A stretch of DNA of 64,000 nt, taken from assembly GCA_020184695.1 (NCBI GenBank), contig JAANOX010000205.1, positions 248,001 through 312,000 of the forward strand, given 5' to 3'. Origin of the DNA: Histomonas meleagridis 2922-C6/04-290x. Taxonomy: Eukaryota; Protista; Parabasalia. A model generated the notes under the pieces. That model had not been told where the DNA came from. It worked only from the letters and a program-made list of their open reading frames with translations, and ran no database searches. This document shows positions 1 through 10,503 of this stretch, piece by piece (positions within the stretch are counted from its first letter, which is position 1; each line of letters starts with the position of its first letter). The position numbers were made by a program, and so were the translations under genes.

Positions 1-207
1 TATTGTTACCATTTTATCCATTATTTTGCACAATAATATATTCAAAAGTGTTTATAGATTTTGACAATTTCTGTCACCATTGAATTATTGACTTGGTTTG
101 TCTGTCAAGAAAACTAAATTTTACAAAAGTTATTTAATCTCAGTTTTATTGTATTTGATCACAGCCTTATTCTAAACGCCTGTATGACTCGGTATGCTGG
201 AGGCGGA

Positions 208-975
208 TTAAGTGATTTCGTATGTTATCTTCAAAAGGTCAGTACTATATTCCTTACTCTCTTTCATTACCTTCTCAGCTTTAGCTTGAAGTTGGTGGAA
301 CAAAAGTTCTCTCCTATCGATTCGAACTTGAGTGATATATATATCATCGAATCTGCTTAAATGATGTTGAACACAATCAGGCGGGAATTCACAGTTTCGA
401 GACATCGTTTCAAATGTATTTTTGAGCAGCTTCCTAAGGTCGGCATTTATTTGGCATTGACTTACTTTTGTTGAGTGTCTCATTATTCCAATTCTTTCGA
501 GGAAAAATGAAACCAAATAAAGCCTTCTAAGGATATGACTCAATTTTTCCTCCTCGCTAGAGAACAAGAGGGCTATGTCTTTAATACGAAATGACGGAAT
601 CCCGAAGTATAAAAATAATCCCAAAAATCTAATGACCAAATTTCCTATTGTTGGTGATTTTGGAAGGTTAAATAAGAATTGAATGTCACCATGTATTGCT
701 CTAATTTCAACTTCATGAGAAATTCTTGGAAGAAAATTATCTAGCGATGAAAACCCAACCCACTGGTAAGAATGAGCGTCAAATTTATAGCAAATACCGC
801 ATGCAACCAGTACATTCATTAGATCATAAAGACGTCTTTTTTCGATACCCGATGCATTAAATAATTGATCAATTGATATAATGGTGTTTACGTCATTCCT
901 GTGAGCGCAAAGGAACTGTTCAACAAACTCCGTGAAGGTTGTTTTGATCTTTGGTCTGGTTTCTGGATCTTCCAT
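208..975 (-). CDS. E2F/DP-like winged-helix transcription factor with two DNA-binding domains (atypical E2F7/8-like architecture)
   Basis: 255-aa ORF with IEKRRLYDLMNVL (E2F RRxYD motif) and a second degenerate copy ILRRLYLVSFFLERIG. Confidence 0.75.
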   Translation of the reverse strand: MEDPETRPKIKTTFTEFVEQFLCAHRNDVNTIISIDQLFNASGIEKRRLYDLMNVLVACGICYKFDAHSYQWVGFSSLDNFLPRISHEVEIRAIHGDIQFLFNLPKSPTIGNLVIRFLGLFLYFGIPSFRIKDIALLFSSEEEKLSHILRRLYLVSFFLERIGIMRHSTKVSQCQINADLRKLLKNTFETMSRNCEFPPDCVQHHLSRFDDIYITQVRIDRRELLFHQLQAKAEKVMKESKEYSTDLLKITYEIT

Positions 976-1886
976 TTTAATTTTTGAGAGGTGTTAATAT
1001 CACAAACACTGATACTTCGAAAAATAAAAATTTTTTTGGTAATATAAACATATACTTATATTTAATCTATCTTATAGATTTTCTTTTTAAAAAATGTTTT
1101 GGAAAAAAGAATGTGAAAGAAAGATATTCGTGGTTGAATTTGTAACATCCCATTCACTGAAAACGGTTGTTTGAACAATTTGGGAGTTGTTCAATTGAAA
1201 ATTTTCGTTTTCTGAAAATTTCAATGTTAATTACGGCTTGAAACATTGGAACACCCTCTTTTAAAACATAAATTTCCAGGGAGAAACTTGATTTTTAAGA
1301 AATAATTTGATTTATTTTTGTAATTTATATATACGTATATATATTTAATACATATATTTCGAATATTTTTAATGAAGACTGGATAAAATAAAGAAAAACA
1401 TGTTTTTCCCCAAAAATTTTGTTATTTTATTTAATTGAATGAGTCATTCTGGTAACTTTCATTCAATTATAAAACGATAACCGTTAAAAAGCCACCTTCT
1501 GAAAAAGCAAATGCTCGCCAACGTTCCCGATATTTGTCCAAAAATTCTTTTTTATCTAATCTTCTTGAATGATTTAACAAATTAATTTAAGTCTTGCTTT
1601 GATGAATGTCTTCTTGCCACATCTTTTTAAACTTATATTTTTTTGATCATCCAATTTCTCAAAATTCATTTGATTTATTATCATCGAAATATTAAATATA
1701 TTATGGATTCCTCTATTTTATATCTCTATTTTTTTCATTTAAATTTTAAGGAATATTCAAAATTTTTACTGATTGCAAATTCAATTTCGAATTTTAAGTT
1801 CTTTAACTTCATAATCAAAAAAATTTTTTTAATTTTATTTTTAATAACAAATTTATGTTAACATAAATTTTTAATAAAAAGAACAA

Positions 1887-3935
1887 TTAGCTCCATCTCG
1901 TTTGTATAATCTTTTCCAATGATTCCACATGTTTCCTCGACTCCTCATTACATTGATTCTTTAAGTTATCCAATGCCGTCTGTACCTGTTGCGTCTGTCC
2001 ACAATAAGCAGCGAACATACAGTCGACGTCGAAGTCGTGCCATTGACTGCACACTATTTCCTTCTGGTTCCATTTTGCGTATGCTTCTATTTGTTCCATT
2101 GACACATTAAATTTCGTGTTTGTGATACCTCCGCCCACCCAAGAGTTTGCTGAGTGATCATAGATCCACGACTTACCTTTGGAGTGTGCGATTATCACAT
2201 TTTTTGCGATGATTCCGAAATCTGTGAAATCTTCAGGACAAATGTATTGGCAAACGCATTTCATAGTATTTAAGTCTAATAGATAACATTTGTCACCTAC
2301 AGCTAATACTATATCATCTTCGACACTTAAGTCTCTGCATTTCGATCCGATATAAAATGGCGGAGTTAATCTTCGCCCATTAATTTTATTTAATTTATAT
2401 ATATATGAATCACATGCAATGATATATGAATCATCAAGTTCAATAGTTTTAATTGGCTTGCATATTAATGATGAAGGTTTTGTCCATTTAATACTTAATG
2501 GAACAAATTCATATGGAACTTTAGTACTAATTTGTTTAGACGAGATAGATAAATCACATTGAAATGATATCATTTGTTTCTCAACTGCTGTAAGTAATAC
2601 TGGTTGAATTATATGGATTCCTTCTTCATTAATAGTTTCGATTTGTCGTTTCATGACTTCTTCTGTTGATAATTGTAAGACTTCTAAATCAACTTCTTTC
2701 TCATTGACATTGATCGATTGTAAGATTTTCGCTACATCTTCTTTGTTATCTTTATGTGTGCTATAAAATCGTAATGTGGTTTGACCTAATAAACGGTTTT
2801 TGACTTCTTCAATTTCAGTGTTTGTCAAACGGTTTTTGCGTAATGATTCATCAAGAAGTTTGATGCAGATGATTCCGCCTAAATGTTGGATAGGATCCGA
2901 CTCTAATGATATCAAAATGCAATTTCCATCTTTAGACCATGAAATATCATTGATTGATGATGATGATAATCGATCAAATACTATTAATGGTTTGGTTTCA
3001 TACCCTATTTGCCATAAAGAAACAACGCCTTTTTTGTCGGCTATGGCTATAAGTGAATAATAATCTTTGTTGTTCTCTCCATCTGATAAATGATATAAAT
3101 ATGGTGAACTTGAGATACATGAAATAGGTGAAATATGTCCATCAAGTGAAAAGGAAAATTTAAATGAGTCTCGTTGAAAAAATGGTGCATTAAAAGAATC
3201 TTCATGAAATCCTGAAGCAGCTCCAACAAAAGATCCATCAGGTGTCCAACCAATACGAAAGAACATAGATCGATCTGGAAGATTATCTAAACATTCATGG
3301 ATTTCTTTGACCAATTTACCTTTAACATCAATTATGTGAATTGGTCCATCTGTTAATTGTGATGCTATAAAACGATTTAATGGATCCCAAGAAATAGATA
3401 ATATACTAACAGGTGCTCTGTAAGTCCAAATTTGTGAATTACTAGCTACATCCCATACAATAATACTATTATCAATTGAACATGAAGCAATACGTTTTGA
3501 ATCAGGTGACCAAGAAACGCCTGTAACTTCTGCTGAATGTCCTGAAAAAGCTTTAGATGTCCATTTTTGAATTGGGTTATTTGGACGTAATGCACTAGCT
3601 GGAACACCAAATGTACTTGGCGGTCCAAAACTTCTTGCTTTTTGCCATAAAAACATCATAGAATCATCTCCACATGTAGCCAAAAATTTACCATCTGGAC
3701 TAAATCTAACGCAATTGACTGTACCATTATGATCTCTTAGTAATGCCACGAGTTTATTTTTTACCTTTTCTGTTTCTTTCAAAGCCTTAAAGCTCCAAAT
3801 TTTTACGTAATTATCCCAACCACCAGTTGCAAAAATTTCACCTGAAGGATGAACTGAAATTGTATTAATGGGATGGTTACTATGTCTGACCCATTTTGGG
3901 ATAACAAATGCATATTTTGGGTCTTCTTCTTCCAT
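1887..3935 (-). CDS. HIRA: HIRA/Hir1 WD40 histone H3.3 chaperone
   Basis: N-terminal PKWVRH..INTISVHPSGEIFATGGWD, HNGTVNCVRFSPDGKFLATCGDD and FFRIGWTPDG match the HIRA WD40 propeller. First ATG is at 3935 (the track starts at a GTG at 3944). Confidence 0.85.
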   Translation of the reverse strand: MEEEDPKYAFVIPKWVRHSNHPINTISVHPSGEIFATGGWDNYVKIWSFKALKETEKVKNKLVALLRDHNGTVNCVRFSPDGKFLATCGDDSMMFLWQKARSFGPPSTFGVPASALRPNNPIQKWTSKAFSGHSAEVTGVSWSPDSKRIASCSIDNSIIVWDVASNSQIWTYRAPVSILSISWDPLNRFIASQLTDGPIHIIDVKGKLVKEIHECLDNLPDRSMFFRIGWTPDGSFVGAASGFHEDSFNAPFFQRDSFKFSFSLDGHISPISCISSSPYLYHLSDGENNKDYYSLIAIADKKGVVSLWQIGYETKPLIVFDRLSSSSINDISWSKDGNCILISLESDPIQHLGGIICIKLLDESLRKNRLTNTEIEEVKNRLLGQTTLRFYSTHKDNKEDVAKILQSINVNEKEVDLEVLQLSTEEVMKRQIETINEEGIHIIQPVLLTAVEKQMISFQCDLSISSKQISTKVPYEFVPLSIKWTKPSSLICKPIKTIELDDSYIIACDSYIYKLNKINGRRLTPPFYIGSKCRDLSVEDDIVLAVGDKCYLLDLNTMKCVCQYICPEDFTDFGIIAKNVIIAHSKGKSWIYDHSANSWVGGGITNTKFNVSMEQIEAYAKWNQKEIVCSQWHDFDVDCMFAAYCGQTQQVQTALDNLKNQCNEESRKHVESLEKIIQTRWS

Positions 3936-4045
3936 CTCTGCCACTTTTTCTTTTTTTGTTAACGGCCTTGAAAACGGGGCACCCCTATCACATCACATTT
4001 AAAAAATTACATAATTGATTTATTGAACAAAAAACAATTATCGCA

Positions 4046-6547
4046 TTAAATTGGAAATGCCTTCTCTTGGAACTTTTCGAGTATTTTATATGGAATTGAG
4101 TTAAACTTAGCCTCATAAAGTTTTGTTATTTGTTGCCAAGGCGGGTTATCTTCTTTTTCCATTAATGCATATATTTCATCCACGTTTGCGATTAATATAT
4201 TTTCTAATTGGGAGAAATCTCTTGGTTTTGACCATGTGAGTAACTTAAAGAACAACTTCGTTAAGTTTTCTTTAAATTTTGCGTCATATTTTCTTTGTAA
4301 TGCTAAAGATAAATTTGTGAAATGTATTGGCATTAACAATAATTTTAAAGAGACAACAAATAACTTATAATATTCATCAGCAAATTGCTCTCTATTATCG
4401 ACATTAATTAAAGCTTCAGTCGCCTTAATTTTAACTTTCGCTATTTCATCATTTTCAAGTGCATTTATTAATTTTATAATTGCGTTCATATCGAAACAAC
4501 CGAAAGAAAATGCGGTCGAAATAGCGGCGGCAGAATTCCATCTCATTTTAGGTTCATCCAAATCCATATAACTCATTAACATATTCATCATATAATTTAT
4601 TTTATCCTTTTTATCTTTGACGAAAGCGAAAAGAAAACCGATACATCTTGGCTTTGCGTTAGAATTATCTTTTTTAAATATATCGAACAACACATTAATC
4701 CATTCTTCTTTGAATAAACTTTGATGTCTTAAAGCATAAGCTTCAAGGACATTCGATAACGCTTGTAATTGTGGTGGCTCTGCTTTCGTTAACTTCTCGA
4801 ATGCATCGTTAAGGAAAACTGATGATAAATCGGCTGCTGAAGAACGTGATAAAAGTCCAATCGCTTGATACGCTTGTGGATAATTATAATTTAAGACTGT
4901 CGACATACAAAATCGTTGAATATTGTCCGGAAGTTTGTCGAATATTTGTCCACTAATGCCAATGATTTGTAATGACCTTTGGATTGATTTAATATGATTA
5001 AGAATAATCGCTGTCGGAATATGGAACTCAAACAAATCATTCCAGAGCTCGTCAAAGTTAACTTCTTTCTCAACAAGTCGCAACAAAATTGGTAGTGAAT
5101 GAATTGGTCCAATTTCCCGAAGGATTGGCTTAACTTGTTGATATCGTTGAATTAATTCTGTGGGATAACCATATGCTATACGACACAATGCAAATCGTGC
5201 AGGTTTTGCATAGTCTTCATTAGGGTTATTAATATACTTTAAAAAGGTTTGGAACAAATAATCAAATGAATCAGAAAACGGTCGGAAGTTAACGTTCAAC
5301 CACAAAAGTGACTTCATGACGATAAGTGACTCTTCGGGTTTGGCGGTTAGGACGGTTTTGCACCAATTTATGATGTTTTCGACATAACCATTTTTAAGAC
5401 GTCCACTATCGAAACTACAATTCCGTATGAAAGTCGCAAATGCTTTTGACGTCTTGTTAAAGACTATTTCGTCTAATTTATCCTTCGATGATATATCTAA
5501 TACTTGCAGAAAACGATTGAAACAGATATCAACGACATCGCCAATTTGTTGAGCGAGCGTTGTGAACGAAGTCTTCTTGGAGATGTTATCAGCGATATAA
5601 ATATATTTCCAAGTATCCCGAAATATATCAGTGAGAAGATCAGCTGTCGACTTTGCGACTTTCTGGTTCAACTTTAACATGTTGAATAGCGATGGCGACT
5701 TCGTAAGGAGAATTGGCCATTGCGAATAAAACGAAGATTCGGTAACTTGAACAAGCGCCTTTAACGCCATTATAGCTTCGAACTTGTTCGACGTGGAACT
5801 CCTCTGGAAAATTATCGTAGATATTATATGTGTTAATGTTTGAGGTTCCAATAAATTCTTTGGACAATCCAATATCAAAAGTTGTAATGCGCGAAGCGCT
5901 GACGACAACAAATCGGACGAGCCGCCTTTGAGTGAGTTCGATATGAACGTAATCGATTCCTTGTAAATTTGGGTGTCATTGCTTCGTTGACTAAATGCAG
6001 ATAAATTCCCAACAAGGACACATGAACGGCGTTTAGATTCGTCACTGACTGTGGATAAAGTAACTGCTATGCGCATTATTCGTTTGTGATATTTCTTGAG
6101 ACGTAATGTGTTGTTGTATAATATCGTAGAGAGAGCACGTAATCCATACGTTGGATCCATGGACTTCAGTTCTAGGTGGTTGAGGATAATGTTGGATACA
6201 GTTTCGATGGCTTCGTCCGCAAACTGGGCATATTCACGATCAATGCAAACACTAGCTATCGAATCACAAAGATCAAGAAATGTCCGGCAATTGATCGGAA
6301 CAAGCTCAGTGAGAGAAGCAATGAGATCGCCAATTTCTAAAGAGGAATTCGTGCGGATCTTTTTTTGACGAAGAATTGAAATAATGTGATTGATACGATG
6401 AATTACACCAGGTGCAAGATTTTTGTAACCCTTCTCGCAGTGGTCAATGATCTCATCGGTAAGAGCAATCGCAGTAGGCTCGTTCTGTTGCCTGGATTCG
6501 CTCATTCGAAAAGTGGCATAACATATGGAACCGTTAATAGTTTCCAT
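4046..6547 (-). CDS. HEAT/ARM repeat protein, HEATR6-like
   Basis: Long helical ORF; C-terminal PKMRWNSAAAIS and KVKIKATEAL resemble the HEATR6 KVRWNAC / FKVRINAA motifs. Start ATG is 6547 or 6505. Confidence 0.6.
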   Translation of the reverse strand: METINGSICYATFRMSESRQQNEPTAIALTDEIIDHCEKGYKNLAPGVIHRINHIISILRQKKIRTNSSLEIGDLIASLTELVPINCRTFLDLCDSIASVCIDREYAQFADEAIETVSNIILNHLELKSMDPTYGLRALSTILYNNTLRLKKYHKRIMRIAVTLSTVSDESKRRSCVLVGNLSAFSQRSNDTQIYKESITFISNSLKGGSSDLLSSALRALQLLILDCPKNLLEPQTLTHIISTIIFQRSSTSNKFEAIMALKALVQVTESSFYSQWPILLTKSPSLFNMLKLNQKVAKSTADLLTDIFRDTWKYIYIADNISKKTSFTTLAQQIGDVVDICFNRFLQVLDISSKDKLDEIVFNKTSKAFATFIRNCSFDSGRLKNGYVENIINWCKTVLTAKPEESLIVMKSLLWLNVNFRPFSDSFDYLFQTFLKYINNPNEDYAKPARFALCRIAYGYPTELIQRYQQVKPILREIGPIHSLPILLRLVEKEVNFDELWNDLFEFHIPTAIILNHIKSIQRSLQIIGISGQIFDKLPDNIQRFCMSTVLNYNYPQAYQAIGLLSRSSAADLSSVFLNDAFEKLTKAEPPQLQALSNVLEAYALRHQSLFKEEWINVLFDIFKKDNSNAKPRCIGFLFAFVKDKKDKINYMMNMLMSYMDLDEPKMRWNSAAAISTAFSFGCFDMNAIIKLINALENDEIAKVKIKATEALINVDNREQFADEYYKLFVVSLKLLLMPIHFTNLSLALQRKYDAKFKENLTKLFFKLLTWSKPRDFSQLENILIANVDEIYALMEKEDNPPWQQITKLYEAKFNSIPYKILEKFQEKAFPI

Positions 6548-6641
6548 CACAATAAAAGTCTGAATCACTTAAATGTTCAAATCTTGTAACAATTTAATTA
6601 AAGTTTAACGAGCAATACATTACAGGAGTCAATGACCTATA

Positions 6642-7090
6642 GTGATGGAATATCTCTCTGGTGGTGATTTATATTCCTTGTTAAACAAAATCGGATGTTT
6701 GGATGCAGAATTTATACCGTTCAGATAGTTAAAGTATTAGAATGTTTACATAACTTAGGTATTATTCATCGAGATCTTAAGCCGGGTAACATTTTAATTA
6801 AACAGATGAAGGTAAACTTAAACTTACAGATTTCGGTTTAAGTATATTTGGCACAGAAGATCGTTGTACAGTTGATGGTACTAATAATATGACACAACCG
6901 AATGATAATGGATCATTTTTAGGTACACCTGATTATTTACTACCAGAAATCACTATATCACAGCCACACGATTTCACAGCTGATTATTGGTCATTAGGCA
7001 TAGTTATCTTGAATTAGTTATAGGCATACCACCATTTCATCATAACACTGAGTTTGAAACATTTTCTGCAATATTGTCAAATCATATTGA
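6642..7090 (+). pseudogene. AGC-family (MAST/IRE/Rim15-like) protein kinase remnant
   Basis: Manual translation across 3 frameshifts gives VMEYLSGGDLYSLL / YTVQIVKVLECLHNLGIIHRDLKPGNILI / KLKLTDFGLS..FLGTPDYLLPEI..ADYWSLGIV / ELVIGIPPF. No N-lobe start and no intact ORF. Confidence 0.85.
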
Positions 7091-7401
7091 TACCTTTATA
7101 AGAGGTATATATGCATTTGGAAAAATATTCAAAAAATTTTAAAAGTTGTTTTTGAAACAAAATATGTTAAACAGCCAAAATATCCTATGAACATGATAAT
7201 AAATTTTCAAAAAAATGAATCAAAACTCTACAAAATGTACATGGTGTATATTATAAAATTAATTATAAAATTATTTCACGAAATGTTACAAATTACTCTA
7301 AATAATTATAAGCATATTATAATATATGTTTATTTAATAATGTTGATGAGAAATACATTATATTTATAAAATGTATAATGATACTTGGATTAAAATATAT
7401 T

Positions 7402-9237
7402 TTATTTCAATTCTTTTTGTATATTTTTGGCATTAATATCAATTTCTTTTTGTTCAAGAAGTAATTTAACTATTTCTGTATAACCATTTAAAGATGCCAA
7501 AATAAGTGCTGTATAAAATAATTTAAATAATTTTCAAATATTATTTTGAAATATAAAATTATTAAAACAAATATCAAATAAAACAAATAAATATCTTTAG
7601 CATTAATATCAATTCCTTTTTGGTCAAGAAGTAATTTAACTATTTCTGTATAACCATTTAAAGATGCCAAAATAAGTGCTGTATAAAATAATTTAAATAA
7701 TTTCCAAATATTATTTTGAAATATAAAATTATTAAAATAAATTTGAAATAAAACAAATAAATATCTTTAGCATTAATATCAATTCCTTTTTGGTCAAGAA
7801 GTAATTTAACTATTTCTGTATAACCATTTAAAGATGCATACATAAGTGCTGTAAAAAAATAATTTAAATAATTTCCAAATATTATTTTGAAATATCAAAT
7901 TATTAAAATAAACATAAATCGCAAAAAACAAAAATCACTTGCTTTAAGATCAATTTCCTTTTGCTCCAGAAGGAATTTAAATATTTTAACATATCCATTT
8001 TCTGTTGCTATGATAAATGCTGTTTTAAAATCATTAAATAAAATCCAAATTTTTACATAAAATTTTAAATAGTTAATATTAATATTAAATATTCTTTATT
8101 AACACCTTTTACATTTATATCAATTCGCTTTTGTTGGAGAAGTAATTTTACAAATTCAATATTTCCAGAAGAAGTTGCAAATGGTAATGAATATGTTGGA
8201 AATTCTTTTCCTTTAAGGAGAAATTTCACTAAATTTATATTACCGCTTTTCATTGCGATTTGAAGCATAATATCATTAATGTTAAGACCATCTTCTTCTA
8301 AAAAAGAAAGAATTTCATAGTTATTTGCCTCAATACATTTGATTCCAAAATTTATCCGCTTTCTTTCATCTTTCTGATAATTTTGTGTTGAGCTTTTATA
8401 AGGAAATGAAAAATTAATTAATTTAAAAGACCCAAAGTTTGTATCATTTTTAGATTCCTTATAATTATTTACATAAAGATAACGAAAAACATCATTTCTA
8501 TGAAATTCAATTGCAGCTTCACAAGAATCAAGAAATGAAGTTTTGTTTTGTTCACAAAGATGAATTATTTCAAGATTTCCTCCTGCTATAGCAAACTTTC
8601 CCGTATTTTTTATATTAGAACCATTTGATAATAAAAACTTGAAACAATTAATTGATCCATAAAATGCAGCATAATCAATTAATGAAACATTTTCTTTAGT
8701 AATAAATGTATATCTTTCATAAGGTGATTGTGCGATTTTTTGATTAAAATCAAATCCGTTTTGTGATGATATTTCTTGAAGTTTTTCAATATCATCGTTT
8801 CGAATTATTTGTAATATTTCTGATGGATTTCCTTCTTCAATCCATTTTTTATGAAGTTTCCAATTATCATTTCTAATTTCTTCAAGTGTTGTTTCATTAA
8901 AACTCTCTTTAATATTAAATAATTCGGATTCATTTTCATTCTTTAAATGTAAAAAACAAATATTATGCTTTATTTTTATGGAACTTTGACTAATTAATTT
9001 GGTATCATAAATTTTAATAATGAGATAATTTGATTCATTAGATTCTGATTTTAAAAGGAGTTGAAGAAATATATCAAATATATGTAGTTCTTGGTTGAGA
9101 ATATTTTCTTCTTTAGATTCAATATTTTTTAAAAAATGAAAAAGGATTTTATAATTGGATAGATTCATCATAAGAGACGTATTTCGGAACGTACTACTTT
9201 CTCTAAATTTAGAATTATATCGATAATTAATATACAA
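7402..9237 (-). CDS. DUF3447-type ankyrin-repeat protein; C-terminal ankyrin repeats interrupted by 20-nt cassette spacers
   Basis: ORF 9237-8065 has WKLHKKW..EILQIIRNDDIEKLQEI..SLIDYAAFYGSINCFKFLL..AIAGGNLEIIHLCEQ. Four more ankyrin repeats (TAFIIATENG.., TALMYASLNG.., TALILASLNG.. x2) follow, separated by 80/81/80/80-nt spacers, ending at TAA 7404-7402. The 5' end is unresolved (possible out-of-frame ATG at 9331). Confidence 0.75.
7423..8103 (-). repeat. 170-bp tandem array: 90-nt ankyrin coding block + 80-nt spacer of four 20-nt cassettes
   Basis: Thr codon (ACA) of TAL/TAF at 8023, 7852, 7682 and 7512 (periods 171, 170, 170). Spacers are 8103-8024, 7933-7853, 7762-7683 and 7592-7513. Confidence 0.95.
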
Positions 9238-9955
9238 ACAAATTTTGTTTTTTTACATATTTCACAATACTTTCTAAGTCAATTTTATTTAAAGTATCCA
9301 TATTTTGATCTTCAACACTTGGTTTTTCCATCAATTATTGAGATTAAAGCTTAATATATTGTATGATTAAAATATATATTCACATAAATTTTACGAATAG
9401 AAAAACGAGCTTTAAGCAAATTGATTCACAGAATTGTACGCAAGTAAGTTAAATTATTTTAATAATTAAAATCGATTTATTTTCAAGATAAGAGATTTAT
9501 GTTGATCAACTTCTTTTTGCCTTGTAAATGAAGTTTTTATATTTCTGCTTGTATAATTCCACGTTGAATTTGAAGTTCATGAATGTTAGGTGAATCATAT
9601 GATGCTATTTTTTACATATATACTGCAGACTTAGATTGAGTGCATTAAAGCATTAGTTATTTATTTATGCATTCGTTTGCTTCAGTAAGAAAAACCATTA
9701 TGCATATGTATTCATGTAATTCAAATAATAAAAATGATTTTATAATGACAAAAAGTACTAATTAATACGTATATTCAATGTTTCAACAAGTAGAGATAAG
9801 AATGCTCTTACAAACCAAAAATAATAATTACTTATAATAATTTTTAATGAGAAAATTCATAATTTCACAAATATACCCGGAGTTAATTACGTAAGTCCAA
9901 TAACTCCTATCTTCTCAAACTCATTAACTTGATATTTTTAAAAAGGAAAAATGAC

Positions 9956-10312
9956 TCAACAACCAGGAAGACAGTAAGACGGAATGCAATTATTGTATAT
10001 ATTAATCAAAGCATCTTTGCAAGACGATTGAAATTGACATGTTGGTGTAAGTGGTTCCGAAATATTTTCCCATCCGCTACATCCATGAAGATTTCCAAAA
10101 TTAATTCCAATTCTCACATCTTCTCCTAAAAATGCATCATGGAAGCTATCAATTACGGACGGCTTCATGGCAAAAATGGAAAAGATCAAGAAGATACAAA
10201 AACAACCAATTAAGATATTCGAAACAAGAGTCCCATACGCAAAGTAAATTGATTCTCGAAATATACCTATTAATGAAAACATTCCAATGATTAAAACTGG
10301 GAGTGTAAACAC
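9956..10312 (-). pseudogene. Tetraspanin-like membrane protein fragment
   Basis: Two hydrophobic segments followed by a Cys-rich loop HGCSGW..C..SC (CCG-like). In-frame TGA at 10318-10316 upstream, no ATG start, and premature stop at 9958-9956. Confidence 0.5.
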
Positions 10313-10503
10313 TTTTCAATAACTTTATTATAAAAAGTTGATAATCATTTTTTGAATAAAAGTTATTTTAATTCTTTTACTCCATAACTATATTTTGAAA
10401 CTATTTCCATTAGATATTGAACAATTTATTTATTACCCAAATGATAGTAATATTTTCATTAAATAAAAAAATTATAATCAAATAAATATTTATTTCATAA
10501 ATA

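Noticed and set aside
7679-7754. Single GT-AG intron per ankyrin spacer (GT at spacer nt 9, AG in ACAG)
   Set aside because: It would be 76 nt, leaving 94 nt per 170-nt unit and so a frameshift. It destroys the TAL motif, the GT is not conserved in other copies, and there is no branch-point motif.
7488-7843. ORF-track 60-61 aa peptides ending IYLFY...QHLFWHL as independent genes
   Set aside because: They are single ankyrin units reading through into the spacer, not separate genes.
7513-8103. Classical matched-codon ribosomal hopping
   Set aside because: Take-off codons (GAT, GGT, AAT, GGA, etc.) do not match the landing triplet (mostly TTT). A non-classical bypass is not excluded.
9430-9720. 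Possible coiled-coil gene remnant (SYDSPNIHELQIQRGIIQAEI*..)
   Set aside because: Too short and degraded to assign.
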